Shown piece after piece: positions 37,039 to 46,445 of a stretch of 64,000 nt of DNA. Position 1 is the stretch's first letter. Each line of letters begins with the position of its first letter. The notes below the pieces were generated by a model. That model did no database searches and had not been told where the DNA came from. It saw only the letters and a program-made list of their open reading frames with translations. The position numbers and the translations under genes are program-made. This DNA comes from Alphaproteobacteria bacterium (lineage in GTDB: Bacteria; Pseudomonadota; Alphaproteobacteria; Rs-D84). The DNA is taken from positions 1,668 through 65,667 of the forward strand of contig SUUQ01000005.1 of NCBI GenBank assembly GCA_015062445.1, in the 5' to 3' direction.

Positions 37039-37776
37039 ATGGCAGATAAATTAACAGAACGGCGTGTGCTTCAGGCATATCAGTGCGACAGGTTTGGAAA
37101 TGTTCGTCCACTGATTTTGATGAATGAACTGCAATCGATTGCAGACCGTCATGCCGAAGTTTTGGGCTGTGGTCGCACGTATTGTCTGGAAAATAATGTT
37201 GGCTGGGTTGTGATGTATTACCTGGTTGACATTATTGAACTGCCCCGTGAATCCGAAGAGTTAACATTTACCACCTGGCCGTCATGCCAAGATGCCTTGC
37301 GTGCGACCCGTGACTTTGAAATTCGTGGGGCCGATGGTCGGTTAATGGTTCGTGCCACATCCCAATGGATATTGATTGACATGTCGTCACGTCGTCCGTT
37401 GCCGTTGGCGAATCATTTGTCGCCTGATGTTGTTGTGCCACACCGTGCATACGGGTGTGCATTTGAAAAGTTCCCAGATTTTGAAACAAACAAAACGCAT
37501 GTTATGAAGTGTCGCTTTGATGATATTGATGTAAACCAGCATATAAACAATGCGGTTTATGCGGTCTGGGCGACCGAAAGTGTGGGTTATAAATATCGCA
37601 GCAATCACACATTGCGTAAAATCGATATTAATTTTAAGAAAGAAGTCAGCCCGGACACCCCTGAAATACGAATTGATGTTGCGATTGATGGTCTGGTGTC
37701 ACGTCATAAAATTTGTTCTGGCGATACGGTTCATGCGGTTGTTATTTGCCATTGGGATGAAATTAGCTGTTGCTAA
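37039..37776 (+). CDS. Acyl-ACP thioesterase-family protein
   Basis: Double hot-dog organisation. 'NVGWVVMYYLVDI' and the second-half 'NQHINNAVYAVWATES' resemble Acyl-ACP_TE (PF01643). Confidence 0.6.
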   Translation: MADKLTERRVLQAYQCDRFGNVRPLILMNELQSIADRHAEVLGCGRTYCLENNVGWVVMYYLVDIIELPRESEELTFTTWPSCQDALRATRDFEIRGADGRLMVRATSQWILIDMSSRRPLPLANHLSPDVVVPHRAYGCAFEKFPDFETNKTHVMKCRFDDIDVNQHINNAVYAVWATESVGYKYRSNHTLRKIDINFKKEVSPDTPEIRIDVAIDGLVSRHKICSGDTVHAVVICHWDEISCC

Positions 37777-37820
37777 ATATTCTATAATTTGCCATAATAA
37801 AACCAAGTTGGTTACAACAT

Positions 37821-38183
37821 GTGCAAACTGTGGAGGGTGTTGTGCATAGAATCTTGTTAGTTTTACTGTGTTTTATGTGCTCGCATGCGTATGCTGGTGT
37901 GGCCAGTTCTGGGTATGTTGGGGCTGCGATTGCTACACATAAATCTGATGTTGAAAACCCGCACTCTGTCACTGCGGCCCAGGTTGGTTTGGGCAGTGTG
38001 AAAAATGTCGACACAACCAATGCAGAAAATATTACCAGCGGCAAATTAAATACCGAACGTTTATCTGTTGGTACTGCGACTGGTACTGTTGCGGCTGGTG
38101 ATGATGCGCGGTTTAATACGATTGCTACATATCGTCCGTCTGGCATACCACCTGCTGGCATGGTGTGGGTCTGGTTTGAATAA
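37821..38183 (+). CDS. Small secreted hypothetical protein (120 aa)
   Basis: Signal peptide 'ILLVLLCFMCSHAYAGVA'. Gly/Ala/Thr-rich. Confidence 0.4.
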   Translation: MQTVEGVVHRILLVLLCFMCSHAYAGVASSGYVGAAIATHKSDVENPHSVTAAQVGLGSVKNVDTTNAENITSGKLNTERLSVGTATGTVAAGDDARFNTIATYRPSGIPPAGMVWVWFE

Positions 38184-38194
38184 GGAAATAAAAT

Positions 38195-38224
38195 AAAAAA
38201 ACCGCCAATTGGCGGTTTTTTATT
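38195..38224. terminator. Bidirectional terminator (small secreted gene / rpmH)
   Basis: 'aaaaaaaccgccaattggcggtttttta'. Confidence 0.75.
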
Positions 38225-38426
38225 AGTTTGCTGCATTCACAGCCAGCCGTTTACGACCTGTTGCGCGGCGGCGATTTAATACGTCACGACCGCCGGCGGT
38301 TGCCATACGTGCACGGAATCCGTGTGTGCGAACACGGCGTGTTTTAGATGGCTGATATGTACGTTTTGTTGCCATGGTTTTTATCCTTACTTTTTTTACT
38401 TTTTCTTTCCTTGTCCCAAAGTACAC
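38223..38426 (-). CDS. rpmH: 50S ribosomal protein L34
   Basis: '[37 protein letters not shown]' is canonical L34. Confidence 0.9.
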   Translation of the reverse strand: MYFGTRKEKVKKVRIKTMATKRTYQPSKTRRVRTHGFRARMATAGGRDVLNRRRATGRKRLAVNAAN

Positions 38427-38614
38427 CGAGCAGCATCATCAGTACCCTGGAAAAAATCCGTTTGTGCGTATATTTAATCATACGTTTTAATAAAACGCAA
38501 CCTTTTTATTTAGATTTTATTAAACCCATCTTTTTCATCCCTTCTAACATCAGGTGATAAACAAAGATTGCGACAAACAGTCTGTAAAATGGTAGAAACA
38601 TGATTTGTTTTTCC

Positions 38615-38800
38615 TTACTTTTGTTTGGTGTTAATGTTTTTTGCCAGTTTTTCGATTGTAGCCACGAACTGGATAATCTGTTTTATGTTCCAGTTTTGAC
38701 ATGCATACATCAACCGTTCAGATTCGGTTAATCCGGTTCTGTTTTTCAGGTTGCCTGTATGTTCGTATGCTTCTTTCAGTGCGTTTTTGAATATGCTCAT
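38615..38800 (-). CDS. Hypothetical small protein (61 aa)
   Basis: ORF in an otherwise empty intergenic region upstream of gyrA. Weak support. Confidence 0.2.
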   Translation of the reverse strand: MSIFKNALKEAYEHTGNLKNRTGLTESERLMYACQNWNIKQIIQFVATIEKLAKNINTKQK

Positions 38801-38946
38801 GTTTAATTATTTTATGTTATTTTGTTGTTTTGGGATAGTATATCACAAAACCGTGTTTTGTCAATGTGTTTTTTTGGTATTAATTCTTGACCAAAAGTGC
38901 AAAAATCTGCTATATTTCGTATGTAAATAACACAGGGAAAGGTAGT

Positions 38947-41679
38947 ATGTCAGAAAATACAAATGAAGTAATTGAAACACGTGTTCCCCAGTCTTCATTG
39001 GAACACGAAATGCGAACCAGTTTTTTGGACTATGCGATGTCGGTTATTGTTGATCGTGCATTGCCTGATGTTCGTGACGGGTGCAAGCCTGTGCATCGCA
39101 GGATTCTGTATGTTATGAACGATGTTGCGCCTGCGACCAAACCGACTGTCAAGTCTGCCCGTATTGTCGGTGATGTTATGGGTAAGTACCACCCACATGG
39201 CGACAGTTCTATTTACGAAGCGATGGTTCGTATGGGTCAGGATTTTTCTATGGGTGAAATGTTGGTTCAGGGCCAGGGTAACTTTGGTTCTCGTGACGGG
39301 GACAAGGCGGCGGCTATGCGCTATACCGAGGCACGTTTATCCAAACTGGGTGCGTCATTAATGGATGATATGGACAAAGACACGGTTGATTGGATGCCGA
39401 ACTTTGACGGCAGCTTGCAAGAGCCAGTTGTTCTGCCGACCAAGTTTCCAAACTTTTTGGTAAACGGTGGTTCTGGTATTGCGGTTGGTATGGCAACAAA
39501 CGTTCCGACCTATAACTTGGGCGAGGTGTGCAATGGTATCCTGGCGGTATTGGACAATCGTGATATATCTGATGACGAATTGTTTACGATTATCCCTGGG
39601 CCCGATTTTCCGACTGGTGCGATGATTATGGGGCATGCCGGTGCGTACAAAGCACACACCACAGGTCGTGGTTCTATTATAATTCGTTCAAAAACACACG
39701 TCGAAGATTTTCGTGATCACCAGGCGATTATTGTTGATGAAATTCCATACCAGGTGAACAAAGCGCAGATGATTATCAAAATCGCCGAATTGATTAAAGA
39801 CAAGCGAATCGAAGGCATATCTGAAATTCGTGACGAATCATCCAAAGAAGGTCTGCGAATTGTAATTGAATTAAAACGTGATGCGATTGCAGATGTTGTG
39901 CTGAATCATTTGTTTCAGTATACAGAAATGCAGACCAGTTTTCCGGTTAATATGATGGCATTGAATCGTGGTCGACCGATGTTGTTTAATGTTCGTGGTG
40001 TGCTGGATGCCTTTATAGAATTCCGTGCCGAAGTTATTCGTCGTCGCACCATCTTTGATTTGAACAAGGCACGCAATCGTGCGCATACGTTATTGGGGTT
40101 GTCTGTTGCTGTTGGTAATCTGGACGAAGTTATTGAATTGATTAAATCCAGTGCCAATCCAGAAGATGCGCGTACCGCCCTGGTGTCCCGTGGTTGGCGT
40201 GCGTCGGACATTGAATCATATATCCAATTGATTGATGATCCAAACACAGAGTATAAAGATGGCATGTTCTATATGTCCGAAGACCAGGCCCGTGCAATAT
40301 TGGAATTGCAACTGCATCGCCTGACGGGACTGGAACGTGACAAGATTCATGATGATTTGACATCGTTGGGTGCGACAATTCGTGATTTGTTAGAAATATT
40401 GGGCAGTCACGAACGTATTATTCAAATTATCCGCGATGAAACAACAATGGTTCGTGATAATTGGGCATCGCCCCGTCGGACTGAAATTTCCGATGCGGAA
40501 ATCGATATTGATATTGAAGACTTGATTGCTCGTGAAGACATGGTTGTAACGGTTTCCAACACTGGATATATCAAACGTGTTGCACTGGATACGTACCGTG
40601 CCCAGAAACGTGGTGGCAAGGGGCGCAATGCCATGACCACCAAAGACGATGACTATGTGGTCCAGGTATTTGTTGCGAACACGCATACACCGCTGTTGTT
40701 CTTCAGTTCACGTGGTTTGTGCTATAAATTAAAAACCTATAAATTGCCCGAGGCGGCGGCCGCTGCCAAGGGGCGTCCATTGGTAAATCTGTTGCCATTG
40801 GAACAGGGCGAAACAATCACTGCGATTTTACCTGTGCCGGACGAAGATGTTGCACGTGTTGCAGAATCTGGTATTGAACACTTCTTGATGTTTGTGACTG
40901 CATCTGGCACGGTTCGCCGCAACCGGATGAGTGACTTTGACTCCATCCGTGCCAACGGTAAAATTGCGATGAAATTAGACGAAGGTGACAGCTTGATATC
41001 TGTGTTGCCGTGCAACGAAGACCAGGATGTATTCTTGTCCACATATCGTGGCCGTGCCATACGATTCCCTGTGCCTGAAATTCGTGTGTTTGCAGGCCGC
41101 AATTCGACAGGTGTTCGTGGTATCACATTGGGGCCAGACGACAAGATTATCGGCATGGCAATGTTAAACCGTGGCGAATCTGATTCGGCGGTTCGTGCGG
41201 CCTATATCAAGCAATCACGTGCGGCACGTCGTGCTGCCACTGGTATCGAAGAAGAGGTCTCTGCCGACGAAGAAGAAACAACACTGGTTCTGGACGATGC
41301 CAAGATGGCACAAATGGCTGCGGCAGAACAGTTTATCTTGACTATATCTGAAAACGGCTTTGGCAAACGTACCAGTTCGTATGAATATCGTCTGACGCAT
41401 CGTGGTGGTGGCGGCTTTACAAATATCAAACTGGGGGGCAAGAATACGGCCGTTGCAGGTTCGTTCCCTGTATCTGATGACCAAGATATCATCATGGTTA
41501 CAGACGGTGGCAAGATTATCCGTACACCTGTGTCTGATGTTCGTATTGCGGGTCGTTCGACTGCGGGGGTTACATTGTTCCGTACGGCGGATAATGAACG
41601 TGTTGTATCTGCAATTGCAATCGAAGGTGCAGGCGAAGAAGAGTCTGCTGGGGCTGCAACCGATGCAGTGTCTGAATAA
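38947..41679 (+). CDS. gyrA: DNA gyrase subunit A
   Basis: '[16 protein letters not shown]', QRDR '[20 protein letters not shown]', active-site Tyr region '[10 protein letters not shown]', and C-terminal beta-pinwheel repeats. Start at MSENTNE. Confidence 0.95.
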   Translation: MSENTNEVIETRVPQSSLEHEMRTSFLDYAMSVIVDRALPDVRDGCKPVHRRILYVMNDVAPATKPTVKSARIVGDVMGKYHPHGDSSIYEAMVRMGQDFSMGEMLVQGQGNFGSRDGDKAAAMRYTEARLSKLGASLMDDMDKDTVDWMPNFDGSLQEPVVLPTKFPNFLVNGGSGIAVGMATNVPTYNLGEVCNGILAVLDNRDISDDELFTIIPGPDFPTGAMIMGHAGAYKAHTTGRGSIIIRSKTHVEDFRDHQAIIVDEIPYQVNKAQMIIKIAELIKDKRIEGISEIRDESSKEGLRIVIELKRDAIADVVLNHLFQYTEMQTSFPVNMMALNRGRPMLFNVRGVLDAFIEFRAEVIRRRTIFDLNKARNRAHTLLGLSVAVGNLDEVIELIKSSANPEDARTALVSRGWRASDIESYIQLIDDPNTEYKDGMFYMSEDQARAILELQLHRLTGLERDKIHDDLTSLGATIRDLLEILGSHERIIQIIRDETTMVRDNWASPRRTEISDAEIDIDIEDLIAREDMVVTVSNTGYIKRVALDTYRAQKRGGKGRNAMTTKDDDYVVQVFVANTHTPLLFFSSRGLCYKLKTYKLPEAAAAAKGRPLVNLLPLEQGETITAILPVPDEDVARVAESGIEHFLMFVTASGTVRRNRMSDFDSIRANGKIAMKLDEGDSLISVLPCNEDQDVFLSTYRGRAIRFPVPEIRVFAGRNSTGVRGITLGPDDKIIGMAMLNRGESDSAVRAAYIKQSRAARRAATGIEEEVSADEEETTLVLDDAKMAQMAAAEQFILTISENGFGKRTSSYEYRLTHRGGGGFTNIKLGGKNTAVAGSFPVSDDQDIIMVTDGGKIIRTPVSDVRIAGRSTAGVTLFRTADNERVVSAIAIEGAGEEESAGAATDAVSE

Positions 41680-41691
41680 AATGGGGGCGGC

Positions 41692-42078
41692 ATGGAAAAT
41701 ACAAATGAATATTTTGCATCAATAAACGATGTTTCAAAACGTTTGAACGTGCCGGCCCATACCTTGCGCTATTGGGAAAAACAGTTTCCTGTTGCCATCC
41801 GTCCCACGACGGGGGCAGGGGGGCGCCGTTATTATCGCACGGAAACGGTTGCAAAATTGATTGTAATTCGTGACCTGTTGTATACGCATGGTTTAACCAT
41901 TGCAGGGGTCAAGAAATTGCTGCGTGACGGCAATTTGCCGTCAAGTGCGGATGAATTGTTAATGAATCCGCCAGTTGTGCAAGACATGACAAATGTGGTG
42001 GCTGCGCCATCTGTGGATATATCGGATTTGAATCTGGCAATCAGTTTACTGGAAACCGCCAAGAATATTTTGCAATAA
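41692..42078 (+). CDS. MerR-family transcriptional regulator
   Basis: N-terminal HTH 'INDVSKRLNVPAHTLRYWEKQF'. Confidence 0.8.
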   Translation: MENTNEYFASINDVSKRLNVPAHTLRYWEKQFPVAIRPTTGAGGRRYYRTETVAKLIVIRDLLYTHGLTIAGVKKLLRDGNLPSSADELLMNPPVVQDMTNVVAAPSVDISDLNLAISLLETAKNILQ

Positions 42079-42107
42079 AAAAACCGCCGTTTGGCGGTTT
42101 TTTTAAT
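42077..42107. terminator. Bidirectional terminator
   Basis: 'aaaaaaaccgccgtttggcggttttttt'. Confidence 0.75.
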
Positions 42108-42669
42108 GACGTTCATTTTGCAGTTTTTGTAATTGCAATGTGTGCTGCTTGATTTGCGTGTTGTGGTATTCCTGGCGCATTTTATTCCAGTTGCTGCTGA
42201 AACGCATGGACAGCGGTACTTTTGCCAGCGAGTCTGCACGCACACTATCGCGTTGCAACTGTGCGACACGGTCTTGTGCGATTTTCATATCGTCTGCCGC
42301 CTTTATCAGTTCTTTATTTTTGCTGATATGCTGCGACTGCAAGTCTTCTGCCAGTTTTTCCATTTTTTCGGTCAATTCAAAGTATTTACAAGCCGATTTT
42401 GTGGTCGACTTCGTAAATTCCTTGTTGCTTTCCGCCTTCAGTTTCAGATACTGTTCGTCCTGTGCCAGTGTGTCAGAACTGATTAAAATTGCGCGTCTCT
42501 GCGCGGCTTCGTATTTTGCTTCGGCCCAATCCAGATGTTTTTTTGCGCTGTCCATCTTGGTATCGTCATAGTTTGGTGAATCGTACCTCAGAACACAAAT
42601 CGAAAACATCAGCCCTGCCAAACCTGCGGCACTCAATGTACCAATAAAAATATCTTTCATCTTTGTCAT
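42103..42669 (-). CDS. N-terminally membrane-anchored coiled-coil protein (188 aa)
   Basis: One TM 'IFIGTLSAAGLAGLMFSICVL' followed by a heptad-rich, charged sequence. Confidence 0.5.
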   Translation of the reverse strand: MTKMKDIFIGTLSAAGLAGLMFSICVLRYDSPNYDDTKMDSAKKHLDWAEAKYEAAQRRAILISSDTLAQDEQYLKLKAESNKEFTKSTTKSACKYFELTEKMEKLAEDLQSQHISKNKELIKAADDMKIAQDRVAQLQRDSVRADSLAKVPLSMRFSSNWNKMRQEYHNTQIKQHTLQLQKLQNERH

Positions 42670-42753
42670 ATCGTCTCCTTTTTTTGTCTAATATGCACTT
42701 CTTACACAATATATAATAGTACAAAAAATCACATTGTCAAGTGTTGGGTGCAG

Positions 42754-43353
42754 TTACCTAGACTTTTTATTTATCAGACTGTCTCTTTGTGATTCCAGCA
42801 TTTTTAATTTTTGCATCTGCACAGCGACTTTTGCATTTGTTGTGCTGTCAAAGTGTTTTTGTATACTGCTGGACAGATTTTCCAGTTTTTGTTTTTGTTT
42901 ATCAAATTCTTCGATTTTTTTTTCGTTCATATAAATCTGCCAGTATGCATTTTTAACCGCCGGCAGGTGATAAAAGTCATAGAACATTTTTTTATTTCTG
43001 CGAATTTTTGCATCAGGTGCATCTGCACGTGCTGCGAAAAAGGCCTCGTCAGTCAAGACGCGATTTTTGTATTTCAGATCATCGATTGCATGCTGGTTTT
43101 TCATGACCCAGTCATTTTCTGGGTGTTTGTTCAGTGAATCTCTGACCAGCAACGGCACGACAGACCGCAAACTGTCCACAGATTTACGTGTTTTCAAAAT
43201 TTGGTTTTCTGTATTGGCCAGTTTTTCCTGTATTTGCTTTTCTTTTTCGCCATACTGCACAATCAGTGTTGTGATTGTTGCCATAACTGCAAAGAACACA
43301 ACGACTTCGAAAATACCACTCAGCGATTTTTTAAAGTTTTCATATTTATCCAT
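42754..43353 (-). CDS. N-terminally membrane-anchored coiled-coil protein (199 aa)
   Basis: TM 'VVVFFAVMATITTLIV' followed by a Lys/Glu/Gln-rich coiled coil. Same architecture as the neighbour. Confidence 0.5.
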   Translation of the reverse strand: MDKYENFKKSLSGIFEVVVFFAVMATITTLIVQYGEKEKQIQEKLANTENQILKTRKSVDSLRSVVPLLVRDSLNKHPENDWVMKNQHAIDDLKYKNRVLTDEAFFAARADAPDAKIRRNKKMFYDFYHLPAVKNAYWQIYMNEKKIEEFDKQKQKLENLSSSIQKHFDSTTNAKVAVQMQKLKMLESQRDSLINKKSR

Positions 43354-43394
43354 AATTCACACCCAAAAAATATAATATCTGTATGTAAGGTTTA

Positions 43395-43575
43395 CGTCAC
43401 GAGATATCCCGTTTCACCCCGTGCCAAAAGGTTGATTCTTGGCACCCCCAACGGGAAACCGAGTGAATAAAAACCGCATGAGTTGCGTTATTAGCAACGA
43501 ATGACTGGTTTGCGTCACAAGGTTCGCCGTTTCACCCCGTGCCAATTGTTTGATTCTTGGCACCCCCAACGGGAA
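43395..43575. repeat. Two ~63-nt direct repeats (43395-43457 and 43513-43575) comprising the 3' 18 nt of tRNA-Glu plus 45 nt of its 3' flank
   Basis: 'cgtcac..gtttcaccccgtgccaa..ttgattcttggcacccccaacgggaa' occurs twice with a 118-bp period. The second copy is the genuine tRNA 3' end. Confidence 0.85.
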
Positions 43576-43632
43576 TCGAACCCGTGTTGCCAGAATGAGA
43601 ATCTGATGTCCTGACCGCTAGACGATGGGGGC
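43558..43632 (-). tRNA. tRNA-Glu (anticodon read as CTC)
   Basis: A 75-nt cloverleaf on the minus strand: GCCCCCA acceptor, GTCT/GGAC D-stem, anticodon loop TTCTCAT, T-loop TTCGATT, terminal CCA encoded. Confidence 0.8.
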
Positions 43633-43669
43633 AAATTTTTAACTGTTTCTGTACATAATATACAAAATC

Positions 43670-44500
43670 TTGCGATTTTCAAATGAAACTTTTCCCTTGC
43701 AGCATATTTTTTTATGTCCTAGGATAATTGTCGTTATGGCTATTTCTATACGCAGTTTTTTTACAAACATCATTTGTGGTTTGATACCTTCGCGCGATTT
43801 GCGACATCGTGTTCGTGTGTTTTTGAATAATCCGTCTTGTCGATTGTACATCAGATTTGTTCGTGAATGGGCGGAAAAAAACCGTGGTGGTGTACGCAAG
43901 ATAAAGATATCGTTGGGTTGTGGATGTCAAAACTTGGTTGTTTTGTTAAACGATTCAGATGTGTTTAAATTTCCATTGCATTCTGGTGGTAACGAACTTG
44001 CCCAGCGCGAGTTGCGAATTTATTCTGCATTGCGCACGATAACGCCAATTCCGATGCCGTCCATGGAAATTATCCATTGGCGCGGTCTGGTCGTTCGCAG
44101 ATATGAATTTATTCGTGGTAAATTATTGTGTGATTTTCCCACAGACAGTGTGTTGGTGCATCGTGAACATTTGGCGAAACAGTTGGCAAATTTCATGTAT
44201 ATCATTGGTTGCGCTGACCCGACCCAGATACGCGATATCAAGCCGTCAAAAACATCGCGTCCGGGGTTCATGTATGGGTGGTTTCACAATGATATTGGTC
44301 AGAATTTTCTGATGGATGACGACATGAACATTATTTGTTTTCTGGATTGGGAAAATACCCAGTTTTGTGATTTTCGTGAATCCTTGCGCCATGCCGAGCG
44401 CTTTTGGAACAAGAACGGCTATCGTGGTCTGATGACGGATGTTTTGTCGCAGTATTCCAGGTTGTACTATTCGTCTCAGGGGCAGTTTTTAGGTGAATAA
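43670..44500 (+). CDS. Aminoglycoside/choline-kinase-like phosphotransferase-family protein
   Basis: Brenner motif 'HNDIGQNFL' and Mg-binding 'LDWENTQF' (ID[F/W]E). A likely alternative start is MAISIRS at 43736. Sits between two tRNA genes. Confidence 0.5.
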   Translation: MRFSNETFPLQHIFLCPRIIVVMAISIRSFFTNIICGLIPSRDLRHRVRVFLNNPSCRLYIRFVREWAEKNRGGVRKIKISLGCGCQNLVVLLNDSDVFKFPLHSGGNELAQRELRIYSALRTITPIPMPSMEIIHWRGLVVRRYEFIRGKLLCDFPTDSVLVHREHLAKQLANFMYIIGCADPTQIRDIKPSKTSRPGFMYGWFHNDIGQNFLMDDDMNIICFLDWENTQFCDFRESLRHAERFWNKNGYRGLMTDVLSQYSRLYYSSQGQFLGE

Positions 44501-44542
44501 ATGCCTTAATTGCTGTAAAATACCCACAAACAAACACAGGAG

Positions 44543-44926
44543 ATGCAGATGACAGATATAGTAAATGAACTTGTAAACATTGCACAACAAGAATTGGTAA
44601 AACATGCACAAAGATTGGATCGTTTGGTTGCGTCAATGAATGCGGTCGATTTTGACCCTGGTGTAGAATCGGTCCAATCGGTCCGTGAAATGATAGAAAA
44701 TCAATCGAAACTGTATGATGTTGTTTTTGATATGCTAAAAACCGCATTGGAACAGCATCGTAATTTAATGTTGGCCATGGGCACCATGAATCAGTCTGTC
44801 CAACAGGATATCAATGCCACTACCGATTCAATTGATGCGATGTTGCATGCACTTGAACAAATGTCCAAGGCCGCTATCGAATCAATTGATTTGACGTTGA
44901 GTACACTTGAAAAAATGTCGCGTTAA
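44543..44926 (+). CDS. Hypothetical protein (127 aa, helical)
   Basis: ORF with RBS 'acaggagatgcag'. No family recognised. Confidence 0.4.
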   Translation: MQMTDIVNELVNIAQQELVKHAQRLDRLVASMNAVDFDPGVESVQSVREMIENQSKLYDVVFDMLKTALEQHRNLMLAMGTMNQSVQQDINATTDSIDAMLHALEQMSKAAIESIDLTLSTLEKMSR

Positions 44927-44929
44927 AAA

Positions 44930-44960
44930 ATATCCACCGCCCCCACGGGCGGTTTTTATT
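44930..44960 (+). terminator. Rho-independent terminator
   Basis: 'ccgcccccacgggcgg' followed by a T5 run. Confidence 0.65.
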
Positions 44961-44967
44961 TACACAA

Positions 44968-45210
44968 TCCGTGACGTATACCAAATAAAAAATGCCCCCT
45001 GTGGGCATTATTTATTTTGGTTGGGGCGCACACAGGGGAGTGGGGATGTTCCCCACTAGTGTTTTGGGAAATCTGTGATTTTTCGAAACACGTACAAAAC
45101 ATTGATAATGTTTTGGTGTACAATCACTGTAACTGATTGTACAAATCGTGACGAATAGCAAAATAAAAAATGCCCCTTGTGGGCATTGTTTTATTTTGGT
45201 TGGGGCGCAC
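44968..45210. repeat. Two ~65-nt direct repeats (44968-45031 and 45145-45210): the tRNA-Gln terminator hairpin plus the tRNA 3' 14 nt
   Basis: '..cgtgacg..aaataaaaaatgcccc(c/t)tgtgggcatt.ttttattttggttggggcgcac' occurs twice. Only the second copy continues into the full tRNA. Confidence 0.85.
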
Positions 45211-45270
45211 GGATTCGAACCATGATAAAGAGAACCAAAATCTCTTGTCCTACCATTAGACGACACCCCA
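45197..45270 (-). tRNA. tRNA-Gln (anticodon TTG)
   Basis: A 74-nt cloverleaf on the minus strand: TGGGGTG/CGCCCCA acceptor, anticodon stem AGAGA/TCTCT with loop TTTTGGT, T-loop TTCGAAT, CCA encoded. Resembles E. coli tRNA-Gln. Confidence 0.8.
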
Positions 45271-45506
45271 AAAGCAACATTGATTATAATTATCTTTTGT
45301 AAATTTGCAATAACAAATTTTTGTTTGGCTAAAACCGTGATAGGTTTCTGGTTATGTCGCACAAAAACGGTGGTCAAAAAACGACATTGTTCCTGGTGGG
45401 TATTTTATCACAAATCTGGCAAAAATCACAGAAGAAAAATGTCGTTTTTTGACCACCGTCAAAAATCGACATTGGCAAAGGTATATAAAACCCAGGGAGG
45501 ACAAGG

Positions 45507-46445
45507 GTGAGGGCTCTTTTTTACAGTGCAATTTTTTCGATTTTATGCACACCGTGTTTTGCAGACGTATTGCCATTGGATGATGCGTTGCGTTCCACAT
45601 ATCGTGCGTGTGTTGGTATTGACGACCAGTTAAACGATTTGCGTCGCATGGCGGGCATCAACACTGCGATAACTGCGGCTGGTACTGCGGCAGGGGCTGG
45701 TGCGACTGTGGTTGGTATTGTTAAAACGTCCAAGGATAAAAAGGCAGAATCGCTAGAGGCCATATTAAATGAAATCAAAGAAATGACACAAAATTCTGCC
45801 CCGATGACCACAGATGAAATTGACAGATTTATGTTTGAATTTAATGCGTACTATGAAACTGCGCTGAAAAGCACTGATTCCATACAATCAGAACTGGACA
45901 AGACGGTTGCCCAGTCTAAAAAGTTGGGTAATTGGCGAACAGGTTTACTGGCGGGCGGCACAGCCACCAACATTGCCGGTGCGGTTATTGCCAGTTCGAA
46001 CAAGGTTGACGGTGATATTTTTGTTCAAATAGAGCTGTGTAAAACATCTGTTGCGAATTTGCGCAACTCGATTATCCAGGCCCGTCTGAACGGCCAAGAC
46101 ATAACCGAGGCCGAGGAAATCATCCGTTTATGTGGCGAATATGATTATGCAGATTTGTCGAAAATTAATACCAAGGCCCGTGGTGCGACAATTTCGTCTG
46201 CGATTGGTGCGACCACTGGTGCGGTTGGTACGGTACTGTCGGCCAGTGCGAATTCCCAGAAAGTGCGTGACGATAATACAGACACGGGCAAACATCGTGA
46301 AAAGAATCTGAACACGGCATCGAATATAATGGCGGGTGCGACGACTGCGGCCTCTGCGACGGCGACCATATTTAATGCGACCCAAATTGGTGCGATACGT
46401 CGTGTATCAGACATTGCAGAAAAATGCACGGAGGTATTGAAATGA
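45507..46445 (+). CDS. Secreted helical Ala/Gly/Thr-rich protein (312 aa)
   Basis: Signal peptide 'MRALFYSAIFSILCTPCFA'. Repeated 'AGTAAGAGATVVGIV'-type segments. Its stop overlaps the next start (ATGA). Confidence 0.6.
   Translation: MRALFYSAIFSILCTPCFADVLPLDDALRSTYRACVGIDDQLNDLRRMAGINTAITAAGTAAGAGATVVGIVKTSKDKKAESLEAILNEIKEMTQNSAPMTTDEIDRFMFEFNAYYETALKSTDSIQSELDKTVAQSKKLGNWRTGLLAGGTATNIAGAVIASSNKVDGDIFVQIELCKTSVANLRNSIIQARLNGQDITEAEEIIRLCGEYDYADLSKINTKARGATISSAIGATTGAVGTVLSASANSQKVRDDNTDTGKHREKNLNTASNIMAGATTAASATATIFNATQIGAIRRVSDIAEKCTEVLK

Noticed and set aside
43380-45280. An intact integrative element or prophage between the tRNAs
   Set aside because: No integrase, transposase or phage structural gene is present. 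Only 1.5 kb lies between the tRNAs. Only scar-like repeats remain, so it is reported as a decayed islet rather than a mobile element.
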